Assembly (NCBI GenBank): GCA_045537795.1 | Contig: JAZSQE010000033.1 | Coordinates: forward strand, 17,469-81,468 | Length of the DNA: 64,000 nucleotides | Direction of reading: 5' to 3' | Source: Kiritimatiellia bacterium | Lineage (GTDB): Bacteria; Verrucomicrobiota; Kiritimatiellia; RFP12; UBA1067 | Part shown: in pieces, positions 1 through 8,274 of the stretch | Layout of the letters: each line of letters starts with the position of its first letter | How positions within the stretch are numbered: position 1 is the first letter of the stretch | Program-made: the position numbers and the translations under genes | The notes under the pieces: model-generated | Told to the model about the DNA's origin: nothing | The model's database searches: none | The model's input: the letters and a program-made list of their open reading frames with translations, nothing else

Positions 1-1
1 T

Positions 2-2494
2 GACGGGCTGGAGGACTCCATCGACACGAATCCGCTTCAGCCAGATTCGGACTCTGACGGCATGAATGACGGTTGGGAGTATCGGTATGGATTCGATCCG
101 ACAGTCAACAACGCCTCTGACAACGACCCTGACAACGACATAGGGGCTGATCCCGACGGCGATGGACTGACGAACGGGCAGGAGTGCAACTTTGGCACAG
201 ACCCGCTCGATTCCGATACGGACGGCGATGGTGTGAGCGACGGTGCAGAAGTTGGGCAGAACAGCGATCCAACTGATTCTGCCGACGGCGGGCAGCCAAA
301 TAGCCGTGTACCTGCTCCGTTCACATTCGGCGATCCAAGTGGCAGTCATTCCGAGAAATATACTCTTGAGGTCACGCCGGTTTCAGGGGATGGCGAGACC
401 CCGTCATCGTTCTCTTGGCTCAACGAGAATTATGGACAATGCGAGACCAAGATTGCAATGCTTAAGCCGGGATGGAAGTATGAAGTCAGACTGTACCACT
501 CGGGGACGAACGGCTCCGGCGATGGCTATCCCGACTATGACTACGAGCTTGATTTTGCAGGAAACGATACGACCGACGGCGTCATAAAAGACGATCCTGA
601 TGGTTTGTTCGGAACCGACTATACGAGTGATTCCTTTGCGGGAGAAGGCAAGGTCGCATACGTTTACGCGCTTGCGCCGCCAAAGCTTGTGCCAGATTAC
701 AACCGCGACAGGGCAATCACGGATGATGACGTGAATAAAGTCATGCAGAAGAAGAAACTCCGCTTCTGGATAAACGATGACGAAGACGACGATTCCACCG
801 ATGGCAAGTACGCCGAATCGCCCAGTGTTGACATCCCCGGCGCTCTGACGGGCTGGTGGTTCGAGTTTGATGGACGTGATCCCGACTGGAACGACAGCAA
901 AGTGAACGGCTACCGCGATCTCATCGACTTTACCCCGGTGTTCATGGATGTCTCGACGATCCAGATGCTCCCGGAGAGGATTCGCAACAGTCTAACGTTC
1001 AAGCTCAGTCACGCTGCAGGGGCTGTAAACGTTGTGTGGTCTGACCTGCCGAAGTCATCCGTTGGCTTGTTTCAGAGAGGTAATGTTGGCGTGTGTGGAC
1101 GGAATCTGAACGAGGACTCCTACGAAGCGGAGACCGAGCGGGTCGGAGCCGACGGCATCGCCGTTCCTGATGCGCTTGTGGCGCAGATGAAGTCCTCTTC
1201 CTCAAACAAGGGAGTCGTGTTCATAGAGGGGCGCGAAGCGACTTCTGCTCCGCTGAAACTTGACATCTACTACAACGGTCAGAAGGTTGTGACTGGCGAG
1301 TTGCCTATGGATATTTCCTCTGTCGAGGAGATGTATCGTTGGCTTAATTCACGTGGGCTGTCTGGTGAGGGCGTGGATTTCCCGTCAAGGCTTGGCGAAC
1401 CACCCAATCGTCCAGACAGTGAGACTTCCGATCGCCACCTTGTGTTTGTTCATGGTGCCAATGTCACGCAAGACGGTGCACGGGGATGGGCGGCAGAGAT
1501 TTTCAAGCGCATGTGGCAGTCGGGGATGACGGCGAAGTTCACGGCCGTGACATGGAGAAGTGACATAGGTTCGGACGCGAACTATCAGGAGAATGTCTCG
1601 AACGCCTTTTTTACGGCAAGCGCCATCGCGCAGCAGATAAAAGATCTGCCGGGGGCCAAAGTCCTCATGGCGCACTCGCTCGGTAACATGGTTTGCTCAT
1701 CTGTGATACAGGACTACGAACTTGTGCCTGATTGCTATCTTATGTGTAATTCCGCTGTTCCAGCAGAGGCGTATGACTCAGACTCGTCCCTTCGCGTTCC
1801 GCAGCTCGTACATCCCGAATGGGTGGAATACCCGACGAACTCGTGGGCGTCGTGCTGGCACTGGCTGTTCAGGAACGAACCGAACGATGATCGCAGACTC
1901 CTTGGATGGCCGGGGCGTTTCTCCAATGTCGCGCAGTATGCGTTCAATTTCTATTCGACAGGAGACGAGGTGCTGGAACTCGCAAACAACAACAATGTCC
2001 ATTCTTGGACAGGCGTTTCCGATTCATGGGGCCATTATGCGTGGCACAAGCAGGAGTTGTTCAAGGGCAGAGGCGGCGTTGGCGGCACCGACTGGGCGGG
2101 CTGGAACATCGAGGAAAACAGGCTTGGCATCAACAAGATTTCGGTCACTGAGGCTCAGTCTATGACGGAGGCCGACTTCAGGACAAATACCGTTTTCTAC
2201 TGCTATCCGCCGAGCATGAACTCGACCAACATCGCCCTGCTCGTCAGAGGCGCGCATCTTGCGCAGGGGATTCCGGCACTTACGTCGGCGGCGGGACAGA
2301 TAAGATTCGGAGATACGAGATTACGCAACGATTCATTTGATTGTAACACAACCCTACAAATTCCTCGTCCTAATGGTTGGCCAGAGCGATCAGACTACCA
2401 AGGGCAATGGTGCCATTCCGACATGAAGGATGTCGCGTACTTCTACGTGTACAAGTTTTACGATAAAATAATCGAGAAAGGAAACCTGAAATGA
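2..2494 (+). CDS. Large secreted effector-like protein (5' end outside window): thrombospondin-type-3-like Ca-binding repeats plus a C-terminal DUF900/lipase-like alpha/beta-hydrolase module
   Basis: The frame is open from nt 2 (DGLEDSIDTNPLQPDSDSDGMNDGWE...), so ATG 62 is internal. Several DxDxDGxxDxxE-type repeats are present. The C-terminal third has HLVFVHGANV...TWRSDIGSDANY...LMAHSLGNMV (Ser nucleophile elbow) and QWCHSD near the end (candidate His). The stop overlaps the next ATG. Confidence 0.7.
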   Translation, partial: DGLEDSIDTNPLQPDSDSDGMNDGWEYRYGFDPTVNNASDNDPDNDIGADPDGDGLTNGQECNFGTDPLDSDTDGDGVSDGAEVGQNSDPTDSADGGQPNSRVPAPFTFGDPSGSHSEKYTLEVTPVSGDGETPSSFSWLNENYGQCETKIAMLKPGWKYEVRLYHSGTNGSGDGYPDYDYELDFAGNDTTDGVIKDDPDGLFGTDYTSDSFAGEGKVAYVYALAPPKLVPDYNRDRAITDDDVNKVMQKKKLRFWINDDEDDDSTDGKYAESPSVDIPGALTGWWFEFDGRDPDWNDSKVNGYRDLIDFTPVFMDVSTIQMLPERIRNSLTFKLSHAAGAVNVVWSDLPKSSVGLFQRGNVGVCGRNLNEDSYEAETERVGADGIAVPDALVAQMKSSSSNKGVVFIEGREATSAPLKLDIYYNGQKVVTGELPMDISSVEEMYRWLNSRGLSGEGVDFPSRLGEPPNRPDSETSDRHLVFVHGANVTQDGARGWAAEIFKRMWQSGMTAKFTAVTWRSDIGSDANYQENVSNAFFTASAIAQQIKDLPGAKVLMAHSLGNMVCSSVIQDYELVPDCYLMCNSAVPAEAYDSDSSLRVPQLVHPEWVEYPTNSWASCWHWLFRNEPNDDRRLLGWPGRFSNVAQYAFNFYSTGDEVLELANNNNVHSWTGVSDSWGHYAWHKQELFKGRGGVGGTDWAGWNIEENRLGINKISVTEAQSMTEADFRTNTVFYCYPPSMNSTNIALLVRGAHLAQGIPALTSAAGQIRFGDTRLRNDSFDCNTTLQIPRPNGWPERSDYQGQWCHSDMKDVAYFYVYKFYDKIIEKGNLK

Positions 2495-3552
2495 AAATGA
2501 ATACAAAGATAGCTTTTGTACTTCTGCTATTGGCTCTGCCGTGCGCCGTGTTCGCACGGAAGCTTCCGCCAGAAGTTGAACACGCTATGGGGCATGGGGC
2601 CGAGGCGAAAATCCGCCTAAAGGTCTGCGACGATACTGGCGCACCAGTGTCAAATGCAAGTGTGTGCGCCGGATTTGACATGCTGCCCAGACCGCATTCA
2701 GTTTATGGAAAGACCGATACGAATGGCGTATGTGTCGTCAAGGGGAAAACAAACGGAAACAAGGTTGTTTTCCTTGTAGGCAAGGACGGATATTATGGTT
2801 CTCGGAAGGAAATATCGTATGTTCCTATGTGGAAGGAACATGATGTGAAGGACGGCAAGTGGCAGCCATATGGTGCTGTGGAAAGTATTGAATTGCGCAA
2901 AATACGCAACCCTGCGCATTTGACAGTCTCATACTCGCGCGAATTCAATAACACGAAGGTAATTAACGCTTGGATAGGGTTCGATCTGGAGAAACGCGAC
3001 TTCGTTCAACCATACGGGAAGGGTGAGATTGCAGACCTCGAAGTTCTTTTTGACTGGGATGGGAAAACTTTTGCGGACTACAGAGGAATAGCTATGAAAA
3101 CTAGGTTTACTGAGAAATTTTCCGGTTATTATCAATGTGTGGGCAAGACAGTTAGTGAATTCAAAGGGCCATATTTTGCATTGCCTGATGCCACATATCA
3201 GCAAGATGCCGATTTCTATGAGCGTGTGATAATTGACCCAAATGCCTATGGGCGACGGTATGACAGAAGGTTCTTTGACGAGAACAAGTGCTGGATTGTC
3301 CGCAGTCGGTGCAAAGTTGATGCCGAGGGCAATCTTGTGTCAGCACATTATTCCATTGTAAATAATATAGAATTTTGTTATGACAAAGGCGGCGTCGTGT
3401 GTATCTGCGTTACTGGCGCGTTCAACCCAACTCCCAACGATACGAATCTTGAGGACATCGTGACAGCCGAGAGGGCGCGTCATTTTATCCGCCAGTGTGA
3501 GCCTCCGCCACCGCCAAGGAAAAAGAAACGCAAGTCCCTTTGGCCATTTTAA
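2491..3552 (+). CDS. Secreted protein P1, paralogue family of unknown function (prealbumin/CarboxypepD_reg-like N-domain, polybasic-WPF C-terminus)
   Basis: Signal peptide MKMNTKIAFVLLLLALPCAVFA/RK. KIRLKVCDDTGAPVSNASV...TDTNGVCVVKGKTNG looks like a carboxypeptidase-regulatory-like fold. ATGA overlap with the upstream stop (2491-2494). Ends ...FNPTPNDTNLEDI...RHFIRQCEPPPPPRKKKRKSLWPF. Confidence 0.8.
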   Translation: MKMNTKIAFVLLLLALPCAVFARKLPPEVEHAMGHGAEAKIRLKVCDDTGAPVSNASVCAGFDMLPRPHSVYGKTDTNGVCVVKGKTNGNKVVFLVGKDGYYGSRKEISYVPMWKEHDVKDGKWQPYGAVESIELRKIRNPAHLTVSYSREFNNTKVINAWIGFDLEKRDFVQPYGKGEIADLEVLFDWDGKTFADYRGIAMKTRFTEKFSGYYQCVGKTVSEFKGPYFALPDATYQQDADFYERVIIDPNAYGRRYDRRFFDENKCWIVRSRCKVDAEGNLVSAHYSIVNNIEFCYDKGGVVCICVTGAFNPTPNDTNLEDIVTAERARHFIRQCEPPPPPRKKKRKSLWPF

Positions 3553-3577
3553 GTACGATCGAGAAGGATAACGAAAT
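3546..3577. repeat. 32-nt direct repeat, copy A (methyltransferase 5' leader/RBS)
   Basis: attttaagtacgatcgagaaggataacgaaat matches 8275-8306 at 29/32 positions (hand count), same orientation. Confidence 0.8.
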
Positions 3578-4442
3578 GTCAAAGAACAAGACACTGTCAG
3601 CCGCGAAGAGCGCGAAGAACGACGAGTTCTATACACAGTACGCCGACATACAAAAGGAAGTAAACGCCTACCTGGACTACAATCCCGATACCTTTCGGGG
3701 CAAGACCGTTCTCTTGCCGTGCGACGATCCGGAATGGAGCAAGTTTACCCGCTTCTTCGCCGAGAACTTTGAGCGGCTTGGGTTGAAGAAACTCATTTCC
3801 ACAAGCTATGCCGCCGCGAGCAAGAAGTTCAAGGCGCCATATCAACTATCGCTTTTTGAGTCAGGGTCGCCGCAGTTTGATGCCACTAAGACCGAAGTGC
3901 GTGGCAAGATATTCGTCCTCGACCACGACACGAACGCCAATGGGCGCATCGACCTGGACGATCTGGGATGGAAGTATCTTGACGGCGATGGCGACTTCAT
4001 GAGTGATGAGGTGTGCAGACTGCGCGACGAGGCAGATGTCATCGTCACCAATCCGCCGTTCTCGCTGTTCAGGGAGTTTCTGGCATGGATATTGGGGAGC
4101 GGGAATGTTGATCTCGTGCAGAGACGCAGAGGCGCAGAGGTAGGGTCATGCGTCCCGCGTGACCGTGATGGGAATGGTTTAGCCACAAAGAACGCAAAGG
4201 ACGCAAAGGAGTTTTTGATAATTGGGAACATGAACGCTGTTTCGTACACAGAGGTGTTTCCGCACATTCAGGGAAATACAATTTGGCTTGGTGCAACTGG
4301 TTTCGCAACAGATATGGTGTTCGCCGTGCCCAAGGGAACGCAAGTTTCGCCCGCAGACAAAGCCAAAGCCGAACGACTTGGATATGTTGGCGATTACACG
4401 AGACTTGGCAATTCGTGCTGGTTCACTAACATGGAACATTGA
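3576..4442 (+). pseudogene. EcoRI-methylase-like N6-adenine DNA methyltransferase, 3'-truncated, with an in-frame ~35-codon insert
   Basis: KNDEFYTQY near the N-terminus and DVIVTNPPFSLFREF (NPPF motif IV). The ORF ends at NSCWFTNMEH*, exactly where homology to the hydrolase 3' end begins. By my recollection family members continue well beyond WFTN. RBS GAGAAGGA precedes ATG 3576. No restriction enzyme gene is adjacent. Confidence 0.6.
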
Positions 4443-4824
4443 CGAGAACATCTTTGGCGTGAACAAGATTTCCGTTGCGGAGGCTCATACAATGACGGAA
4501 GCCGACTTCAGAACCAACACCGTTTTCTATTGCTATCCGCCAAGCATGAACCAACCGACAATTCCGCTTCTTGTCAGAGGAGCGCTTCTTGCGCAAGGAA
4601 TCCCGGCGTTGACGCCGCCAACGGGTGCAACTGCATTTGGCAACGAGTTCTACGACGACAAAATGATCAACCTTAATGACACCTTGAAGATCGAGCGCCC
4701 CAATGCGTGGCCAGACAGAAAGAAATAGACAGGACGTTGGTGTCATTCCGACTTGAAAGATGTCGCGTATTTCTACGTGTTCAAGTTCTACGAAAAAGCG
4801 ATTGAGAAAGGAAACCTCAAATGA
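4432..4824 (+). pseudogene. Orphan 3' cassette: decayed copy of the last ~130 codons of the hydrolase gene (2..2494)
   Basis: WNIDENIFGVNKISVAEAHTMTEADFRTNTVFYCYPPSMN... parallels WNIEENRLGINKISVTEAQSMTEADFRTNTVFYCYPPSMN... (49/64 identical in this block, hand count). In-frame TAG at 4726-4728. The same frame then continues WCHSDLKDVAYFYVFKFYEKAIEKGNLK* (24/28 identical to the full-length tail). No start and no upstream hydrolase body. Confidence 0.75.
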
Positions 4825-5861
4825 AAAAGTCAACTATTATAGTACTCTTGATCGTGGTGTTGCTGCCATGCGCTGTGTTTGCGCGAAAGCTTAATCCTGA
4901 AGTACGTGAAGCAATTGAAAATGGCGCAGAGGCAAAGATTATCTTGAGGGTTCACGATGACATGGACGAGCCGGTTGCGAACGCAAGTGTCCGCGTTGCC
5001 ATGGACATGCCAACAGGCGAACACTCCGTATATGGTAGAACCGACACGAACGGCGTGTGTACTATTATCGGAAAAACAAACGGCTTCTACCTTGATTTCC
5101 TTGTAGGAAAAGACGGATATTACGGATCGCGCAAGAAAATTATATTTGCGAAAATGGGGGCGGAACATGATGTGAAGGACGGCAAGTGGCAACCATATGG
5201 AGAGAAGATGTCCATTCTCCTTAAGCCGATAAAAAATCCATTGGAATTGTGTGCTGTGACTGTCAAGGATTATAAGTTTACAGATGCAATTTGTAAATGG
5301 ATTGGATACGATCTTGAGAAAAACGATTTTGTAAAACCTTATGGGGTAGGAACTGTGTCGGATTTTGAGGTTTATTTGGATTGGGACAGAGTATATTCCA
5401 TCATGGATTGCAAACAGGCAGGGTATAAAATTAGATTCTCAGAGCCGTGGTCTGGTTATTGTTTGATGCAGATAGATCCTGAGAGCGAATTCCCGACGCC
5501 ATATAATGCAGTAACGAATACTACATTTCTGCAATATGCAGAGTTCTATGATAGATATGAGGGTGAGCGGGTGAGGAACACATTTGACAAATCGAAATGC
5601 TGGGTGATCCGCAGTAGATGCAAAATCGATGAACACGGACGGTTGATTTCGGCAAATTATGCTGTTGTTCGACTTCTTGGAATGTCGGGCAGCCGAGAAT
5701 TGAAGGCTGGCTTTGGCTTCGTAGGTGCGTTCAACCCCACGCCCAACGACACGAACCTTGAAGACATTGAGACGGCTAAGCGCTCGCGTCACTTCATCCG
5801 CCAGTGCGAACCGCCGCCACCATCGCCTAAGAAGAAACGGAAAACAATTTGGCCGTTCTAA
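4821..5861 (+). CDS. Secreted protein P2, paralogue of P1
   Basis: Signal peptide MKKSTIIVLLIVVLLPCAVFA/RK. Collinear with P1 (DGKWQPYG, KPYG.G, RSRCK.D..G.L.SA.Y, FNPTPNDTNLEDI, RHFIRQCEPPPP). Ends SPKKKRKTIWPF. ATGA overlap with the orphan cassette stop (4821-4824). Confidence 0.8.
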   Translation: MKKSTIIVLLIVVLLPCAVFARKLNPEVREAIENGAEAKIILRVHDDMDEPVANASVRVAMDMPTGEHSVYGRTDTNGVCTIIGKTNGFYLDFLVGKDGYYGSRKKIIFAKMGAEHDVKDGKWQPYGEKMSILLKPIKNPLELCAVTVKDYKFTDAICKWIGYDLEKNDFVKPYGVGTVSDFEVYLDWDRVYSIMDCKQAGYKIRFSEPWSGYCLMQIDPESEFPTPYNAVTNTTFLQYAEFYDRYEGERVRNTFDKSKCWVIRSRCKIDEHGRLISANYAVVRLLGMSGSRELKAGFGFVGAFNPTPNDTNLEDIETAKRSRHFIRQCEPPPPSPKKKRKTIWPF

Positions 5862-5881
5862 TGTCTGTTAGAGGGAATATT

Positions 5882-6307
5882 ATGAAACGCCGTCGCTTTA
5901 TTGTTTTTTGCATTGCACTTGTTGCCGTGTCGTTAGTATGCGGCTGTATAAGCGATGTCCCAATCTTGCCACGCTACCGCCCTGTGGACAAACGCGATGG
6001 CCGTCTCTTCTGTTATACGCGTGATTTTGTCGATGGCAATGGCCGTCAGGTCTGTTTCTTCCGACAGCCTCTTGAGGCTTTGATGCCGGGCGGCAACGGA
6101 CAATGGGGGATAACGCCTATGCAGCTAGTTGTGGGAGTGTTTGTCGGTGTCCCGCTTGCATTGGCTGATTGGTTTGTGACAAGCCCCGTTGTTGATACAG
6201 TTCTCTTGCCGTATGATATCACGTGCAATTTCCAATCGGATAACGGGGGTGAATCGTTGCAGATTCCACATTCAAGGAATCCTCAAATCCAAGGAGGTGC
6301 GCAATGA
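5882..6307 (+). CDS. YceK/YidQ-like (DUF1375) lipoprotein
   Basis: MKRRRFIVFCIALVAVSLVCGC has a lipobox-like Cys. GVPLALADWFVTSPVVDTVLLPYDI resembles the YceK signature (...LDLPFSLVFDTLLLPIDI). ATG 5882 is preferred over the ORF-track start at 5849. The stop overlaps the P3 ATG. Confidence 0.55.
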   Translation: MKRRRFIVFCIALVAVSLVCGCISDVPILPRYRPVDKRDGRLFCYTRDFVDGNGRQVCFFRQPLEALMPGGNGQWGITPMQLVVGVFVGVPLALADWFVTSPVVDTVLLPYDITCNFQSDNGGESLQIPHSRNPQIQGGAQ

Positions 6308-7329
6308 AGAGGATGGAAATTATTATGTCGGTCGTGGTGGTATTCATCACGTCGTGCGCCATTTGCGATGAATCGACTGAATTCGCAAGGGCGTTGAATG
6401 CAGGTGCGAATGCAAAGATGATACTTCGCATAGTCAATGCGGACGGAGTTCCCATTCCTGATGCTGAAGTGGAGTTCGGCTTCTGGAACAACTATTCTCA
6501 AGGCGGATTCAAGAATTCCATATTGCGCTCTGGTACAAATGGAGAGTGCGTTGTGACTGGCCGTTGCAATGGTTCGTGTGTATGGAATGTCACAAAGCCG
6601 GGCTACTATCGTTCTCATGCCGAGTGGTCTTTGTCCGAAACACAGTCCGATCCGAAAGTCGTGGATGGTAAATGGCAACCATATGGTGCGACGAGAGAAA
6701 TAGCACTTAAACAAATCGTTTCTCCTGTGGATTTGCCCAGCCTTGAATACACCCTTATTAAGTGCCCGGTGTTTGACGAATGGCTGGGATTTGATCTTGG
6801 ATGTTATTCTTGGGTGAAGCCGTATGGTAGCGGTCTCCACTCAGATGTGTTGATTAGGCTCCATGAAGAAGGTAACGGGGACACGGCGTTTTCAGCCTCG
6901 CTTGAGTTGTGTTTTACCAATAATCCATTTGCAGGGGCATATGTCCTGAAAAAGGATGCTTATTCCGAAATGAAGAGTGTCTATCATGCTGACACCAATG
7001 CTACATATCAGACGAAGTTCCTGTACTCGTTAAGTGTGGACAGCAAAGGGAGGCGTAATGCAAACGAGTTGTCTGAAGACTCATATTTGGTATTTAGAAC
7101 AAGAACCGAAGTTGACAAAGAGGGCAATCTGCTTTCTGCTCATTACGGAAAGATATATGGAAAATGGGGTTTTTATGGTGGGATGCGGGCCGAGGCCTTT
7201 TTCTTTAATCCAACACCCAACGATCCCAATCTCGAAGATGCCAAAACCGCTGAGAGTTCGCTTCAGCGTCAACGCCAGCGTGAGGCACTCCCCTACAAAA
7301 AGAAGCGCAAGTCACTTTGGCCGTTCTGA
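6304..7329 (+). CDS. Secreted/lipoprotein P3, divergent paralogue of P1/P2
   Basis: MKRMEIIMSVVVVFITSCAICDE (lipobox-like ITSC). Shares DGKWQPYG, WLGFDL, KPYGSG, R.R.EVDKEGNLLSAHY, FNPTPNDPNLED and the terminal YKKKRKSLWPF. ATGA overlap at 6304-6307. Confidence 0.75.
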   Translation: MKRMEIIMSVVVVFITSCAICDESTEFARALNAGANAKMILRIVNADGVPIPDAEVEFGFWNNYSQGGFKNSILRSGTNGECVVTGRCNGSCVWNVTKPGYYRSHAEWSLSETQSDPKVVDGKWQPYGATREIALKQIVSPVDLPSLEYTLIKCPVFDEWLGFDLGCYSWVKPYGSGLHSDVLIRLHEEGNGDTAFSASLELCFTNNPFAGAYVLKKDAYSEMKSVYHADTNATYQTKFLYSLSVDSKGRRNANELSEDSYLVFRTRTEVDKEGNLLSAHYGKIYGKWGFYGGMRAEAFFFNPTPNDPNLEDAKTAESSLQRQRQREALPYKKKRKSLWPF

Positions 7330-7374
7330 TGTCAATGTCACAAGGAATGCGATAGCATCGAAAGGAGAAAACCG

Positions 7375-7890
7375 ATGAACATCCTAATTCTGCAGGGCTC
7401 GCCCCGTGCGAACGGTAACACGGCATGGATGGCCGAGGAGTACCGCAAGGCGGCAGCGGCTGCTGGGCACAAGGTGACGCTCGTCGACGTGGCGCACAAG
7501 AAGATCGCGGGCTGCATGGCCTGCGAATACTGCCACGGCAAGGGGAACGGAACCTGCGTCCAGAAGGATGACATGCAGGAACTCTACCCACTCCTGGACG
7601 AGGCGGAGGTTCTCGTCCTAGCGTCGCCAATCTACTACTTCACCATGTCCGCGCAGATTCAGGCACCGATCCAGCGCATCTATTGCATGAGCAAGCCGGG
7701 CAAGCTGAAGAAGATGGCGCTTCTCGCGTCCTCCTATTCGCCCGACGTATACGACGGCGCAATCGGCGAGTATCGCGGCATCCTCAACTACTGGGGTGTC
7801 GAGGATACGGGCGTCGTCACGGCCAAAAACGCCGAGCAGAAGACGGACGAGACCCGCGCCAAAATTCTCCAGCTCTTTGAAAAACTGTGA
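7375..7890 (+). CDS. Iron-sulfur flavoprotein (Isf-like), NADPH-dependent FMN reductase/flavodoxin fold
   Basis: MNILILQGSPRANGNT... is the FMN_red-type N-terminus. The compact Cys motif CMACEYCHGKGNGTC (CX2CX2CX7C) matches Isf proteins. RBS AAAGGAG lies upstream. Confidence 0.7.
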   Translation: MNILILQGSPRANGNTAWMAEEYRKAAAAAGHKVTLVDVAHKKIAGCMACEYCHGKGNGTCVQKDDMQELYPLLDEAEVLVLASPIYYFTMSAQIQAPIQRIYCMSKPGKLKKMALLASSYSPDVYDGAIGEYRGILNYWGVEDTGVVTAKNAEQKTDETRAKILQLFEKL

Positions 7891-7908
7891 TTACGTTTTT
7901 CGGGCGCA

Positions 7909-7937
7909 TTGACTCGGCAAGAGCGAGATGATAAAAT
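7909..7937 (+). promoter_or_regulatory. Predicted sigma70-type promoter TTGACT-17-TAAAAT (TG-extended) with no obvious gene
   Basis: ttgact (7909-7914), a 17-nt spacer ending ..atga, and taaaat (7932-7937). It lies in the 590-bp non-coding stretch after the flavoprotein gene. Confidence 0.4.
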
Positions 7938-8274
7938 CCCTTTGTGTTGAGTTTAGGGTCGGTATCGTATGGTCGTAGAAAAGCAGCAGATTCTCTACGG
8001 TTCAGATGTCGCCGCCCCGACCATCTTCAAACGGTACTAAGAGAATCTCTCCTTAATTGTTCAGTGTGTCAATAGGGCCATTGAAGCGGCGACGCCGTGG
8101 CTTGTCGGCACGGCTGCAGGATTGTTTGTCCTGTGGCTTATCATGCTCTGCTACAAGGCCAAGCCGTTTGCAAAGGAGCTAAAGTGGTTCTTTGGCCTGA
8201 CGCCCTTGCACAAGTTTGTCGTCATTTGCACCGTCAGCTTCTTCACCCTCTGGTGTACGGATGGAGGTAGTGCA

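Noticed and set aside
62-2494. ATG 62 as the start of the first gene
   Set aside because: The same frame is open back to nt 2 and already encodes TSP3-type repeats (DGLEDSIDTNPLQPDSDSDG) before that Met. The gene therefore starts outside the window.
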